This document shows positions 11,201 to 24,307 of a DNA stretch of 64,000 nt, in pieces; within the stretch, counting starts at the first letter, position 1; each line of letters opens with the position of its first letter. The notes beneath the pieces are model-generated. The model was not told the DNA's origin. It made no database searches and saw only the letters and a list, made by a program, of their open reading frames with translations. The DNA comes from Oculina patagonica (Eukaryota), in assembly GCF_052425735.1 (NCBI RefSeq), contig NC_135758.1, forward strand, positions 11,594,001-11,658,000, read 5' to 3'. The position numbers and the translations under genes are program-made.

Positions 11201-14200
11201 ACTGTATGGGCCACTAGGCTTGACACAGACTTTACAGTAGAGATATCACTAGTTCTTGGAATTAGTTTTCCAGGCTGTAAAGGAAAAAGTCAGTTTCTTA
11301 ATGCAGTTGATTTTGTCTTTATGAGAAGAAATAGGCATTGAGGACTGATGATTTAAATGGAACTTGAGAAAACATCTTGTCTGGAACAGTAAAATCATGT
11401 CCCAATACAATCCAATTCAGGGATCATGTGATTTTCTGTTGCAGAGAGAAAGAAATGTCCCATGTTATAAGAATCCCGGATGTTGAAGTCAGCAAGGTAT
11501 TTTAGCCACCTATACTTTATTGTGTATAAAATTTGAATTTCATATTTCCTAAATAATCTGTTTACAGTTTCATTGCTGCAATAATACCCTGTAAATACTA
11601 TTGTGGTTTGAAATTCCTTCAGGTGCAGTGTAAGATTGAGTTTGACAAAGAAAGACGTCAGTTCTTCATCTGTGACATTGGTAGCAGAAATGGAACGTTT
11701 CTTAATGGAATGCGACTCTCTGAGGTATCAACAGTTTGTGATAAATATGATTATGATTCTTTTAAATAATTCTATAAAATTCAGCAACAAAGTAAACTAC
11801 CCCCCCCCTACCCCCCCCTTCAACACCCATGCTTGTTAAAATAATTATTAGTTAATTATTTTTACTGTTTGTGGTGGATTTCATTTGACACAGTTATGTG
11901 AATTTGGTTGTACTGTTTCTTTAGAAAAATATCAATATTTCTGTTTTTTCTTCTAGTATTTTATAAACATCTGGTTTTTTTTTTGTCTGACATTACAGAG
12001 CAAGCAAAAGAGTGAGCAACATGTCATAACTCACGGAGATGAGCTTGCACTGGGAAGCACTACACTACATCTGCACATCCACCCAGGGACACAAACATGC
12101 GATTCCTGTGAGCCTGGTCAAGTACAGTCCCAGGCACATCAAGGGACATCATGTGCTTTGGATGATGAAGGTACATGTCAATAGGGGTTCTTTTCTGTGG
12201 GGGGAGTTTCATTCTTGTTTACATGAAGTAACCAACAATACTTGACCGACAGTGATGTCTTTATTATCTCAAACACTGTTCATGTTGTCAAACATTGTAA
12301 AAAAGGCTGATTTGCAATATAAATGTGCATGTGTGCTGTACAAATGTAGATGCAGAAGACCAAGTTAAGAAGTTTAGGGATTTTATTGTAAAGTAAGTTA
12401 AAGTTTAGTAAGAGTTAGCAGAGGCTAATTATTATTATTTTGATTTTGTATTTATTATTGGTCCTTATTTGCTGATTTACGTTTGTAATGTATCGTAAAA
12501 GTGGGTTGTTTTTATTAATACACTTTTACAGTTGACTTTTTTCTTTGTGCTTTGCTGCTTGTTCTAAAAGGACTCAAAATGTGGGCCATCTTTCCTGTGC
12601 ACTGGTTTCTTATAGACGTTCATATACTTCTTAAAGTAATCACCAGCTCCGATCTTCATGTAGTAGACAGGCTTTATGTGCTGGGTCAGCTCCCAAAGTT
12701 CGGCAGACACGATACCCTCATGTTTTAATAAGCAATAAGTTAATATTTAGCTTTCATCATAAAAAAATTGAACCTTTTTTCTTATTGTGTAAACCATATA
12801 TTAACTTCTTTGTACTTAAAACTAGTTTCTGTAACCGATACATGTTGTCAGGGCTTCTTTTGCTGGGCGCTCTTAAAGGATTGTAAAAGTGGGTCGTCTT
12901 TTTTGTACGCTTTCTTCTTGTGATAAAAGTCGAACACTTCGTCTTTTTTAATGGCGATCATCTCTCCATAGTCGATGTTTCCATCATTGTCAGTGTCCAG
13001 AATTCGCACCAGTTTTTTGAGTTGCTTTCTTGTCATGGGAATGCCGGCTTTCTTGACGCCGTTCATAAACTCCGCTCTTGAGATCTTTTTACTGTTGTCT
13101 TTGTCCAGCTGACGAAAGAAGTCCACCACTCGAAGACCTCTGAGTTCTATGTACTCCAACAGCAAATTGAGAACGTCCTGTAAGAAAATGTAAAACACAA
13201 TTAAAATAATACACTTGACTGCAAGCGATGTGGGGCGCGCAGGAGTATTTATGCTTTCATTACTTTAGCTGGAAAATGATCGAGCACTCGGATGCTTCTG
13301 ACGGAATAAACACAGTAGTCTGCCTCCATAATGGGCGGCGGTCACTGAATTTCAGTGGTTTCCCGCCAAAATGTGCATGTGCCGCATCAGTTACGGGCTT
13401 TCAGTTGTTTCTGCCATCATATGCTGCGTCCGTCGCGGCTACCATTCGTTTTCCGCCGAAAACTTGGAAAGTGGAAATGTGTTTTTCCCCGAGATTTATG
13501 AAAGTATTGTCTCTAAATTGGTGGTCAAAATCATTCCCTTTCCTTTCCTTTCCTTTCATTTTATTTCATTTAACTACAATCCACTTCCTTTCCCTTGACT
13601 AGTACTTTACTTTACTTCCCTCCCCTTCACTTGACTTGACTTTATATCATTTCATTTGGCGAGCTTACTACTCTCGAGTTGTTTTCGTTCTCTAGGTTCT
13701 ACTGAACTTTCAGAAAGTCTAAAGTTTCCTATTTTGACGAGCGTACAGACTGAACACCGAAAACGTGTTTGTACCTTTATAATTTAAAATCGGATATACA
13801 TGCGTTGGTATCGTGCATCTTATTAGCGTTAGCATGCAATCCTGGGCATCATTATCTGACTGAACATCGTTTTATTAAGTCTGATTGCGCCTGTATCGCT
13901 CATTCTTTGGAACCACATCAATTTAATAAAACATTGTGACTCTTTCTGTTCATTACTCACCACTTTTTTCTTCATTCTTTTCACTCTGTCTTTTCCTCTC
14001 ATGGCTGTTCCGCACTGTACATTCAGATTAGCTCGCTCGTCCAGTACGTCCTCCAATAACTCTTCAAACTCTGCGTTTACTGGAATTTCATCGAAGTACA
14101 ACTCTTCTATGGCGCTTTCCTTGTTCTTGGCTATGGCGCTTAAAATCTCGTAGGCACCCTGGCTCTGAAACGGGTTCTGACCAACTCGCAAGATCTGCAG

Positions 14201-17200
14201 TGTTGAATTTTGAGCTAGACCGTTCGCTAGGTGCTTCGCCCCGACAACAGAAATTCGATTACTGGAAATATCTAGTTCGTTCAAAGTGTTGTTCTGGCTA
14301 AGGGCTTCACCGATGGCTTTCGCGCCGTCGTCGGCAAAACCATTCCATGACAAGTCCAGGAATTTTAAAGCACAGTTGGTTCGCAGCCCGTAACCAATGG
14401 CAATGGCTCCTTGCCTTCGTAAGTGATTCCAGCTCAAGTCAAGATATTCCAATCCGACGTTTGCATCTATGGCTGGTCCCAGCAGCTGTCCCCCAAGCTC
14501 GCAGAAGCGGTTGTGACTCAGATTCAACGATTTTAGTGTATAGTTTTGTTTCATGGCTTCCACTATAGGCTCCGCGTCCTTTTCTTGAAAGCCGTTGTTG
14601 GACAGGTTAAGCTCAAGAAGTTCGGTGCTCTCCATTAACATTTCCGACATGGCATACGCCCCTTGTGTGCGCAGGTCATTCTGCGACACATCCAGTTCTG
14701 TAATGAACGGGTTCTCTGTCAGCATCTTGGCGATGTAAATAGCCCCGTCCGCGCTGATGGCGTTATCAGCGATGTTTAATGTCAAAACCTGCGTGTTTTG
14801 CATCAGTGCTACGGCCACCGCCTCCGCTCCTAGCGAGCCGAGGTTATAATGTTTTAAATTCATTTCGGGCTTGCCAAGCTGTCGAAGGAACGGCGTACAA
14901 GGGATCAAGCCAAGATTTTTACAAGCCGTGAGGTAATGCCCCTTTCCCTGCTTGTTGTCTTGTTCGGTGTCCTCTGCAAACTCGCTTTCTAAATCCGTGT
15001 CGTATTCACCATCACTACTCTCTGATATCTTTTCTGGAGGCACAAGTTCTTCGGTGATAACTTCGCCTTCTGTTTCCAGCGCTGAATGTGGCACTTGCCT
15101 AATGCAGTCTACTTGAACGGGGTACTTTATTGACATAGCTGTTTAAAATACAAATAAAGCAAAAATAACTTTTTTAATGGTCCGTTGCGTTAAACTTTAA
15201 CTTCAATACGCTACTTAATTGCTGCGATGTAGTTGAATTATCATTGTCTATACACGAAGTTTCCAATTTAGAAACTGTCAAAATGTCAAAACTTTCCCTT
15301 TCTGTATACGAATATATTCCGAGTGCGAAACAAATATATCACTAAATAGAAGCTTACTCGAACACGTCAATCATTTTTCGTTTTTATTTTATTTTTGTAT
15401 CTAATTCAAGTGCTTTACGTACTCCTCCTTGCGCTGAAAAATCGTCAAAGTTTTAAATAAAATAAAATGATAAAACAACATTAAAGCAATATATAATTAT
15501 AGTTATACCTGGTCAAGTTGACTAGAGCCTTGTAGTTTTGTCTGTGTTTTTGAGAGCGCTCCAAATTTGATATATCCCCAGTGAAGGTTCGAAGTTCTAG
15601 TAAATCATAAATTGTTCAATGTAGTTCGACTTTCGAAGGCAAGTTAACTTCAAATATTATGCCTCAGTCCGTAAGATAAGTAGGCACACTTCGCTATGAT
15701 TCAGCGAAATTTATCTATCGAGCGATTCGCAGATACGTGAAATCCTTAATCACTTAACATAAAGCGAGGGTATGCTAAATGACCGAGGCATTTAAACACT
15801 TCGTTGCCAAGGAAAACAGAAGCTACCGCTGAGAAGATGTAATATGAGTTAGGCGAAGAGAGCAGATATCAGCCAATGATATCTTGCACAAATACAAACT
15901 TTCATTGTCTGGAAATTGGCAAAGACATGAATCATTTATCGCTTATGTAAACTCCAGGCAGGTGGACTTGTTTTGTTTACCGATAGCATTTGAATTTATC
16001 AGGTTTTAAGGAACTTAAACCGATGAAAAAATACGATTTTTATTAAATGTTATAAAGTCAATACGACTTCGCCATTCAAGAATACGACTTTCGTAAAATG
16101 ACTAGTTCTTTTTAAGTTTTAGAACGACCATGATAGCGGATATCACCAAGCTTGTAAACATAAAGATCCGTAAAAACAAGGCCCAATAAACTCGGTTTGC
16201 CCTCTTGCATTTTAAATTTTTCATTGTTAATTATCTTTCGTACTAAAAGCGCGTTATTCGTTAAAAAGCAAATAGTTGTCCAAAATAGATTGTTGATAAC
16301 GACGGTTTTTCACAATAAATTTGTTTTGCTTCGTGCAATCATGTCAGTACATAAAAATTTTAGAGAGATTCTAGATTGCTTCTCGTATAAATAAATGCCA
16401 ACACACCTGCTGCCCCTTAGGAGCCTGTCATAATTTATGCAAGCATTTGAATAAATTAGGGAGAACTTACATAGGCTCGTTGCATTATAAAGTGTCATCT
16501 GCTTGGTAAACGCTATTTTCTTCACAGCCTTGAACCCTTTTAAAACTAAAGCCGGGTTTACGCGGGCAATTTTTATGTGACAAATATATTTGATCGTTTA
16601 GATGACACAGCAATTATTTCTCGGCATTCTGAAGTTGGTGCGATGAGTCGTCTACACGAGCAATTTTTCGTATATGACAACTTTTATTTGTTACATAAAA
16701 GCTAACACGCCAGCTTGTCAACAAATATATTTGTCACATAAAAATTGGCCAATTTTCCTCCTTTACACGAGCAAATAAAAATTGTCACAAAAATTGCCAC
16801 ATAAAAATTGCTCGTGTCAACGAGCCTTTAATAAAGCTGCGCGTTTCTACGGTTTCAACTATAAAGATCTAGGAAATAGTCTTTCGTTCATTGTAGAGTG
16901 AAAAGGTATAGTTAATATGACAGACATGTTTGTTTTATTTGTCTGACTTAATCTACATGGGATCTTGATGTGAACATCTGGAAAAAAATAGAAATCGAAT
17001 TTTCTTTACCTCGTTTTAGCCGTCCAAATACGTCACTTCCGGGTCGGTGGTCAAAGACCGCGCAAAGTGAGGAGCTGGAGCTAGTCGGGCCCATTCTCCT
17101 CCTCAAAGCCCTTTCGTTTCTCTTAGCCAGCGGGACCTTGGCACGAGAAAAGAAGGGCTCTGGGGATATAGGATTTTCGAATTAATTCGACCTTTTTTGA

Positions 17201-20200
17201 TTGGCCGTTTGAAACAAAGAATCCTTGAACGGAAGTAAAAAACGCAATGACTATCATAAATTCTTTTGGAACATCATGTCTGCATACATGAAGACCGGGA
17301 GTCTTCGATTCTAGGACTTGAAATGCTGTGTCTTCTACGCCCCCGTTTTTCGTGCCACGGACCCGCCGGCTAAGAGAAACGAAAAAGGGCTATGGGGACG
17401 AGAATGAGTCGAGCCGTGAAGTGAACGATGAAAACGTATTCGATTTTTTTACAGCGTTCACTTCAGAATCACACGTAGATTTGGTCAAGCAAATATGTTT
17501 GTTTGTTTGTATGTATGTATGTTTGTTTGCTTGTTTGTTTGTTTAATTGATTCAGTTACTATTTGAGAGATTGGTTGGTTGATTCATTCATTCAGTCGGT
17601 CGGTCGATTACTTATTTGGTTGCTTGGCTGATTGACATTGTTTGATTTTATTTGTTTCGCAGTCTGTATCACCAAAGTAGTTCAAGGAGACAGATCATTG
17701 AATTCATTGTCAGTACAAGAGCAGAGAAAGTCAGAACTAAAGAGAATCAAAAGGGCGTACGCCTTAGAGGTGAGCCACTTCTGTTTTTTTAAGGACGTAG
17801 AGTCGATACTTGCATCAGTACAGGACAAGTGATAGCAAGTTAAAGTCTGCGTTCGGGCCTAGTGGTCCATCAAGCCGGAGCAGCATCAATTTTGATGTAG
17901 CATCAAAAGTATTTCTACTCCTCCTTGATTGGTATGCTAGTCTTTCGCACCCATTTATACACCTGGGTTGAGAGAGAGGCACTTTGTGAGTTAAATGTCT
18001 TGCCCAAGAACACAAGGGCTCGAACCCGGACAGCTCGATCCAGGGTCCAGCGATCTCACCTTGCTTAAAACAAAAATCTCTCTTAGTTTGAAAATTTATC
18101 GATTGAAAAGGTTGCTTATGTGTTATGGCTTGTTTCAGGAAACTTCGTACTGCGAACCAGCGATCGATACAACTCTTGCTGGAAAATACAAAGATCGTGC
18201 TGTGGTCAGGTTAGTATCAATCAAAGCAGCGACTCCTGATCTCTCTCCAATTCTCCACTTAGGGGCCAACTATTTTACCTCTGAGGAGAGGGTTAGGTGA
18301 TTTTGAAAAAAACAAACCTGCAAGACCATCGTCCCCCCAAAAATTCGTGCATGTACAGTTGGCTAAAAAAAAAATCACGCCCACACCAGATCACTCAACC
18401 CCCTGCCTCAGAAGTAAAAGGGTTGACCCCTTTATACAGTCAACTCTCTCTAAGACGGACACCTTCGGGACCGGCGCAACTGTCCGTCTTAGAGAGGTGT
18501 CCGTTTTGTAGAGAGTCGAGGTAACGTGACACCAGTAATTCTGAGATAATAAAGCTAAACCTTTGCACAATGCAACAAACCTTTACTAATTGCAACAAGA
18601 CTAAAATAATAAAAGGCCGTATTTGCTTGTTAAAGCAAAAATTGAGAGCTACAAACTGTAATACTGTAAGTAGAAAACGACCTCTTTAGTGCCCATACAC
18701 GTAAGCAGAGAAGTAATCCGTTAAAGCGTCATTATTTCTGGTTAGTAAGCTTGGTATAGACGTATCCTTAGGGCGCTGACTAACTTTGCTTTAGGTCGAT
18801 ACGACGTTTCGAAGTATTTTCAACAATAAAGCATGATGAAAAACACTTCTCAAGTGTCCGTTAATAATTTCAAAGTGTCCCTTGTCCGTCTTAGAGAGGT
18901 GCCCGTCTTATAGAGGTGTCCGTTAAGAGAGAGTTGACTGTATGCTGATTGTTTTCGGTCTGAATCACGTTTTCTTACAATTGACTGAACCCAGGTTGCT
19001 ATGAAAGTACCTCACGCGACATATCCTTATTCTTGTGTGTCGCCGATGCACGTTTCTCTTTCGTAAAAGGTTGATGCCATTTTAGCGACACGTTGACTAA
19101 GTCTGATCAAAGTGCTCGAGTTTTTTTTTTTATTGGACAATAAAATTCGGAAGAGATTAACGAAACTGGCCGCATTTCAGCCTTTTTTTCTGTTGTCAAA
19201 GTAGAATGCTTCTAAAGTTTCAGCTCTGACCTCATAATAATTTCCTATGCCTTTTTTTATGGTTAGACGTACAAAAGTCGGGAGTGATGTTCCTGTTGTG
19301 ATTGCTGACGATGCTCCTTCATCGGTTCACAGGTAATGTATTCACTTAAATCGATAACCCGTCCTCGTCTATCTACTCGTAATTGTTAGCCGATAACGCA
19401 CCTTGCCTTTCTGTAGTGCAGCTATTTAACTCACGTGACTAACACGCGGCATCGTCATGTCAACCGATGTAGTCTATCATGCGCATCAGGGAGCACTTTA
19501 AAGTCACCAACGACAACCGGAAGTCAAATGTTGTCTTTGTTTGCTCGTATTATCGACGTCTCTTTAAAAACATAAAGTTATAATTTCTAAAGCGAGAGCT
19601 TCCAACTCACCGAGTTTAAGTGCGCCAAAAGCAAATGAATTCTTTATACGGTTCGAAAACATTTTCGCTTATGCTCCATTGATATTCACGTTAACATTGT
19701 TTTTGTTTGTTCTTTGTTCGCGATTTTCTTAGAATAGTTTAAGAGCGTGTTCCCAAAGTCTAGAATGGTTCACTTGTGTTTAATTGTCTTGGAATACACT
19801 GATCTTGCAATGGCATCCTAGTTCTTTAGAATGTTCCTTTACCTTTAAAAAGATGCTAGCATCTGTGCAGGTTCTCACTTGATATGTTTGTTTTCAGACC
19901 AATCAGTACGGGGAATGTTGGACGGCAAATGTTGGAAAAGATGGGTTGGAAAGAAGGAGAGGGACTAGGACGAGAGGGAGCGGGTCGCCGGGAACCAGTA
20001 AGTATTGTGTTTTAATCGTAGAAAGCTAACTAGGCAAATGTCTGATTTATATAAGTTTGGTCAGATAACACGCTGTTTGATTGGCTGTAAAGTATTTTCG
20101 TAAGGTGAACTAAAGCCCCGGTCAAACGGTCATGATAGTTGATGATAGTTGATGAGAGTTCCAACTATCACGCGCGTTTGAACACGAACTATCATGCACT

Positions 20201-21301
20201 ATCATCAACTATCATGCAGTTTGGACGTGCTCAAATTCGACATGATAGTTGATGATAGTTTTTACCGTTTGATCGCGGGGATGATAGTTTATCGGTCAGT
20301 GGTTCAGTCAAAGACGGGCTCAATCCAAGATTCATGGCTTCCGCAAAGGAAATTCTATCGTTCGTCGAAGAAGAAAACCGAAATTTAGATTAATATTTGG
20401 ACTATAGTGAAGCTGAAAACGAGAAAGTAAGTGGGAAGAAGAATAGTAAAAACAGCGTCGAGAAAGCACTGAAAATATCACTGCCAAATGCAAGAGATGG
20501 CGTGAAAGCATCGGAAACAAGGAAAAAACATGAAAACATTTCTGCACCGAATGATAGTGGAGTTGAGATCGAGAAAAGCAAAAATGAAATGCGCGAGCGC
20601 ATTGCGTGATTTCGACAAACTATCATCAACTATCATGGAGCGTTTGATCGCAAACATGATAGTCAATATGATAGTGAACGATAGTTGGAAGCAGCGAACT
20701 ATCATCAACTATCACGACCGTTTGATCGAGGCTTAACTATGTTTGTGCAGCGCACTGCGAAATATCGTACAATTCTTCTTCAGCACACTAGCTTACAAAC
20801 GTCTGTTATGTACGGATGACTGATAACAAAGACATTCCGACCACATATGGGCATCGCGTCAATTTGTTTAATAATGAACAATAGCTGATTTCTGATTTTT
20901 TGATGAAGAATTTGTTTCTGTTAGAAGTAGTGTTTGAATGGGACAACTGGCTTAGTTTTTGCATTTTTCAATCAATGTAAACCACTTTAAATCCGTTTTC
21001 GCAGGTAATTGTTGAAGTTCGTGACAATCTCCGAGGTCTGGGTATGGGTGTAAAACGAAGCATCGATGACGTAGAAGGAAAGAGTTACATCCGAGCTAAA
21101 ACACGCGAAAGGTTTGGACAGGCAGCTCTCGTCACTTCCGGTCCACAGCGATTTGTCGCCGCTGACACAACTCAAGTAGAGAAAGCAGCTTCGCCGATTT
21201 CAGACATAAATCATGAACCAAAGCTACCGGAGCAACCGAACAGCAATCAAGCAACTTCGCAAACAAGCAACGCAAAAGCAGTGGATATTTTTGCTGAGTA
21301 A
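5254..21301 (+). CDS. AGGF1: Angiogenic factor with G-patch and FHA domains 1-like; exons 5254-5551, 5940-6004, 6180-6296, 7002-7209, 8022-8127, 11445-11496, 11623-11724, 11999-12170, 17663-17769, 18139-18209, 19267-19332, 19898-19997, 21005-21301
   Basis: All junctions are GT-AG and phase-consistent. Domains: N-terminal coiled coil, OCRE ([22 protein letters not shown]), FHA (TIGR...[12 protein letters not shown]), [21 protein letters not shown]-patch ([19 protein letters not shown]). Confidence 0.92.
6726..6927. mobile_element. Small TIR element
   Basis: CAACCCTCCAAGT...ACTTGGAGGGCTG flanked by direct TTACAT. Confidence 0.55.
8235..8398 (+). repeat. 164-bp imperfect palindrome (GA-mismatch hairpin)
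   Basis: Arms pair directly, with three GA/GA internal mismatches and a GCA triloop at 8317-8319. Confidence 0.9.
8822..10908. mobile_element. 2.1-kb foldback non-autonomous DNA transposon (Kolobok-like)
   Basis: TTAA|GGTGGCTCGACCCAG...CTGGGTCGAGCCACC|TTAA. Inverted arms of ~860 bp (8822-~9685 and ~10045-10908) surround a ~360-bp spacer. TTAA TSD with RR..YY termini is the Kolobok pattern. Confidence 0.85.
10945..11235 (+). mobile_element. tRNA-derived SINE
   Basis: A-box TGGCCTAATGG, B-box GGTTCAAGCC, core TGTGTTCTTGGGCAAGACACTTTACTC, tail GACTTTAC. Related copies at ~17838-18050(-), ~34680-34852(-), ~53765-53970(+). Confidence 0.85.
12848..15136 (-). CDS. LRRC74-like RI-type leucine-rich-repeat protein with a C-terminal EF-hand pair; exons 15136-13961 and 13177-12848; nested antisense in AGGF1 intron 12171-17662
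   Basis: EYDTDLE and YLTAC..LG..P N-terminal motifs, 28-aa LRRs (LDLSWN), a GTGAGT donor after KKKV, and a phase-0 join to an exon with [12 protein letters not shown] and [14 protein letters not shown]-hands. Confidence 0.85.
15803..15817. promoter_or_regulatory. RFX X-box-like site upstream of the LRRC74-like gene
   Basis: GTTGCCAAGGAAAAC, ~670 bp upstream of the ATG. Confidence 0.4.
16550..16827. mobile_element. Harbinger-like MITE
   Basis: Imperfect TIRs (GGTTTACGCGGGCAATTTTTATGTG / CACATAAAAATTGCTCGTGTCAAC) with TWA flanks. Confidence 0.6.
18437..18940. mobile_element. Tc1/mariner-like MITE
   Basis: TA|CAGTCAACTCTCTCTAAGACGGACAC...GTGTCCGTTAAGAGAGAGTTGACTG|TA, same family as 2694-2871. 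Confidence 0.85.
20114..20733. mobile_element. Harbinger-like non-autonomous element
   Basis: TAA|AGCCCCGGTCAAACGGTCATGATAGTTGATGATAGTT...AACTATCATCAACTATCACGACCGTTTGATCGAGGCT|TAA with TGATAGT subterminal repeats. Confidence 0.8.
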
Positions 21302-22147
21302 CAGTTGAAAATCAAGATAACGTGGCAATGATATTGCAGCCATAAATGGTATCGTGGGCGCACATTAAACGCAAAGCACGAAATGCGTACAATATCGGCG
21401 GAAAGGTGGTTTGTCAACCGTGACTTTTTAAATGCTGATTGAAACTCAGTCTTATAATCATTCAGCATCAGACAGAGAAGGAATACTAGTCGGTTTTCGC
21501 TCTCTTTTTTGCTCCAGGCTTGATCAGGATATAATAAGCCCTGGGTTGGCACAGAGTTTGAAAATCTGTAGACTTAGGTCGTATTCTTTTGAGACTAACC
21601 GTTTTAACCGGAACTGTTTTTGGTTGATATTTGAAGTATCCCGATAAAACATTTCTCCAGCCGCTTTCGGTTGAAACGGTGGATAACCGTTCGGTCTTGT
21701 TCGAGCTTTCAGCTGTTCTGTAAAATCGTTGTCAACTAGTCGAAATTCCATTTATAAATTTATGACTTCCATCGTTTTACTGCGTCTACGGAAAGGAGAG
21801 AACAATAACGTGCAGAAAACTTATGGAAAGTCTGAGTTTTCCTGTAAAGCCCCTGAGCATCAATACAAACAGAAGGAAATAATTGCTACTGAGAAATTGT
21901 CTTGATATGTAACGAAATTCTTAGGTACTATAAAAGGGATGATATAAATAAGAGAGATTTACATATTGACACCTTAAACAAGGTGCATTTATTTACACTG
22001 AGGTTGCGATAGGTAGAATAATAAAACAATTTGTAAATATATCTGTTTTGTAATAATAGGTACTTCATTAATAGAACTTTGTCAGAGATTGAAAGTGTTA
22101 GGATACAGCACAGGTGCCCGAGCCGTTGTCTTCGATGTACGTGACCT

Positions 22148-22335
22148 TAGGGACCTTCAGATCGGAGTACGAGTGCCAGATTCAGTACAGATACGAATTA
22201 TGCTTTCGATTGTCACACTACACACCAATTTCGAACCAAAAAAGCCTTCTTTTCAACTGGGTTGCAACAGGGATGCGCGAGGGCTCTAGTAACGTAACGG
22301 TACTACTCGTACTCAATCCGTCATGAAGGTCCCTA
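22148..22335. mobile_element. MITE with TAG...CTA termini
   Basis: TAGGGACCTTCA...TGAAGGTCCCTA with internal GAGTACGAGT/ACTCGTACTC. Confidence 0.65.
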
Positions 22336-22667
22336 TTTTTGTTTGCGACTGCGTTACGATTATGTTGTTGGAAATTTTTTAAGTGCCCGAATCGCGCTTT
22401 GCGGAGGTATCAACAATGCACTGGGGTCACTATTTTTGCAGGTTTGCTTTAAATACAGCGGGAGCCGCACACACGGGCTCCTGCTTAGATAAAACTACAA
22501 CGCGCGCAGCACCCTGCAACCTCTCCCCCGCCCCACCCCAACCCTCTACCAACCTCAGGCCGGCTCACTTCAGTACTCCAAGTATTGAGCGTCTACGTTA
22601 CCCCATAGGTGTCACTCCTTGTTGCATTTTGGGTTTGTGACATAGTCACGCAACCGTTGTCGCACAT

Positions 22668-22697
22668 ACTGGACTGGACTGGACTGGACTGGACTGG
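22668..22697. repeat. (ACTGG)n microsatellite
   Basis: Six tandem pentamers. Confidence 0.9.
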
Positions 22698-24307
22698 GAG
22701 TGACAACAGAATTCTGTATTTGTTATGAAACCGGAAGGGGCGTTGGATTTTTTTTTTCGTTTGACCACTGTGTTGTGAGCTCTGGGACATTCCCGCCCGT
22801 TTTTCAAGATTTCCGCACGTCATTTCCAGACTCCATTGGGTGGTTACACTTTCGGGCAAAAGAACTTTTCTCCGTTAGGTAAAAGTTTTAAAATTTTATG
22901 TCGCTGTAAAATCCATTCCCCTCGCCCTTGCTCTGGTAACCTAAAAAGCACGGAGAGCCGCAGATAACCCATATATGGACAGCGTATAATTTTACTCACT
23001 GAAACTCGTGCTATCTAGAACCTGAGAGACATTTAAAATATGCACCCCCTCTGCTCTAATAAGATGGCTGAACCTGATGCGTGAATGCGCTCAGGAGCAC
23101 GGTAAGGCCGCGAGTCAACGGACAGCAAGACACTGTACCACCTAACATAATGCGGGACCTCTAGGCCGAAAATTGGGCAATTTAATAAAGTCTTATCGTG
23201 CGTGTTTTGCATTTTTCTTCGCCAGACTTGGCATATATTCTTGGGTTGGTGTCCCAATCGTTTTGACAGAAAAACCGACACAAAATCTCAAAAGATGACG
23301 TCACAGACATGCTTGATATAAAGATTCTTATTTCAGGCAAAAGCAATGTGCTGTCTGAATGAGTTTTGACCACTTGAAGAAAAAACTGCTAAATTAAGTT
23401 TTTTATTGTTTTCGTTGGTCGTTACATGAAGGGTACAGTGTTTTAAAGACTTAAGATAAAGCAAAGGTAAATAACAGCATTTTAACAAATAAGGTTTATG
23501 CTAATGATGTGGTATATAAAATCTAAACGGCCTTAGAGGCTCCTAACACAGGCCAAAAACTAACGTTCCAAAACCTTGATATGTACACCGTTTAAATCTT
23601 TATTTTGACTGCATTGCCCTTAATTTCACGTTGTGTTTGCGTGATTAAAAGCTCAGACGATCATGGTATATCTTTTTTTGAAGCAGCGATAGTACAATAC
23701 AAACATACAAGTCATTTCCGTTACAGGCCTTTGTGCTTGACGTTTGCCTCGAAGGGTCCACAGATTACTTCTTAGCTCTTGCACCTACAAAGGAATTCGA
23801 ATAATTTTAGTTATAACCAGCTCACTTGAGACAAACCATAACAAAAGTGTTGTCAGTTTTTGCCACTCCTCCCTAGGCCCTGTTTAGAGTGTTTCATGCA
23901 TTAGAGTTTAATTTGTTCTTATTTTTCGTTTTCTTTGAGGGGGGCAGGGCGGGGGCAGGCAGAAAAATATGAAAATAGGTTACCTATCTTTCCTTGCTTA
24001 ACCTAACTCGTACATTGTTATACTATCAAAACTGCGTTTCCAGACTAGTACTGTCATGTTACTTTGTCAAAAGGAGAGGTTTAAACAGAAACAAAGTGCT
24101 TGCGCTAACACCACTGAAGTTTTGTTAGTTACAAGCAATTACAACCAAAGTTGAGGACACTTCCCAACAGCAATGATTAATCCATTTTTTTTTTAAGGTT
24201 AAACGTCACCTTTCAAAAGAAACCGTACTGAAGCTAATGAAAAAGCAAGGTTTTGACTTTTTTTTACTGTTAAAGAAAGAATCGAAATTGATTTATTTTT
24301 AAACAAC

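Noticed and set aside
13829-13960. C-terminal extension of the 435-aa LRR ORF
   Set aside because: Read-through into an intron. The GTGAGT donor at 13960 joins in phase to the EF-hand exon.
20340-20610. ORFs inside the Harbinger-like element as a transposase or Myb gene
   Set aside because: Short, with no DDE or Trp-repeat motifs visible.
21524-21751. 75-aa minus-strand ORF as a gene
   Set aside because: No recognisable motif and no in-phase upstream exon. It overlaps the presumed AGGF1 3' UTR.
22381-22490. RNase MRP-like motifs (AAGTGCCCG ... ACACGGGCTC)
   Set aside because: The CR-I GAAAG context is missing, the spacing is too short and no P1-P3 helices were found.
23033-23373. Overlapping short minus-strand ORFs
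   Set aside because: No domain similarity and no consistent exon chain.
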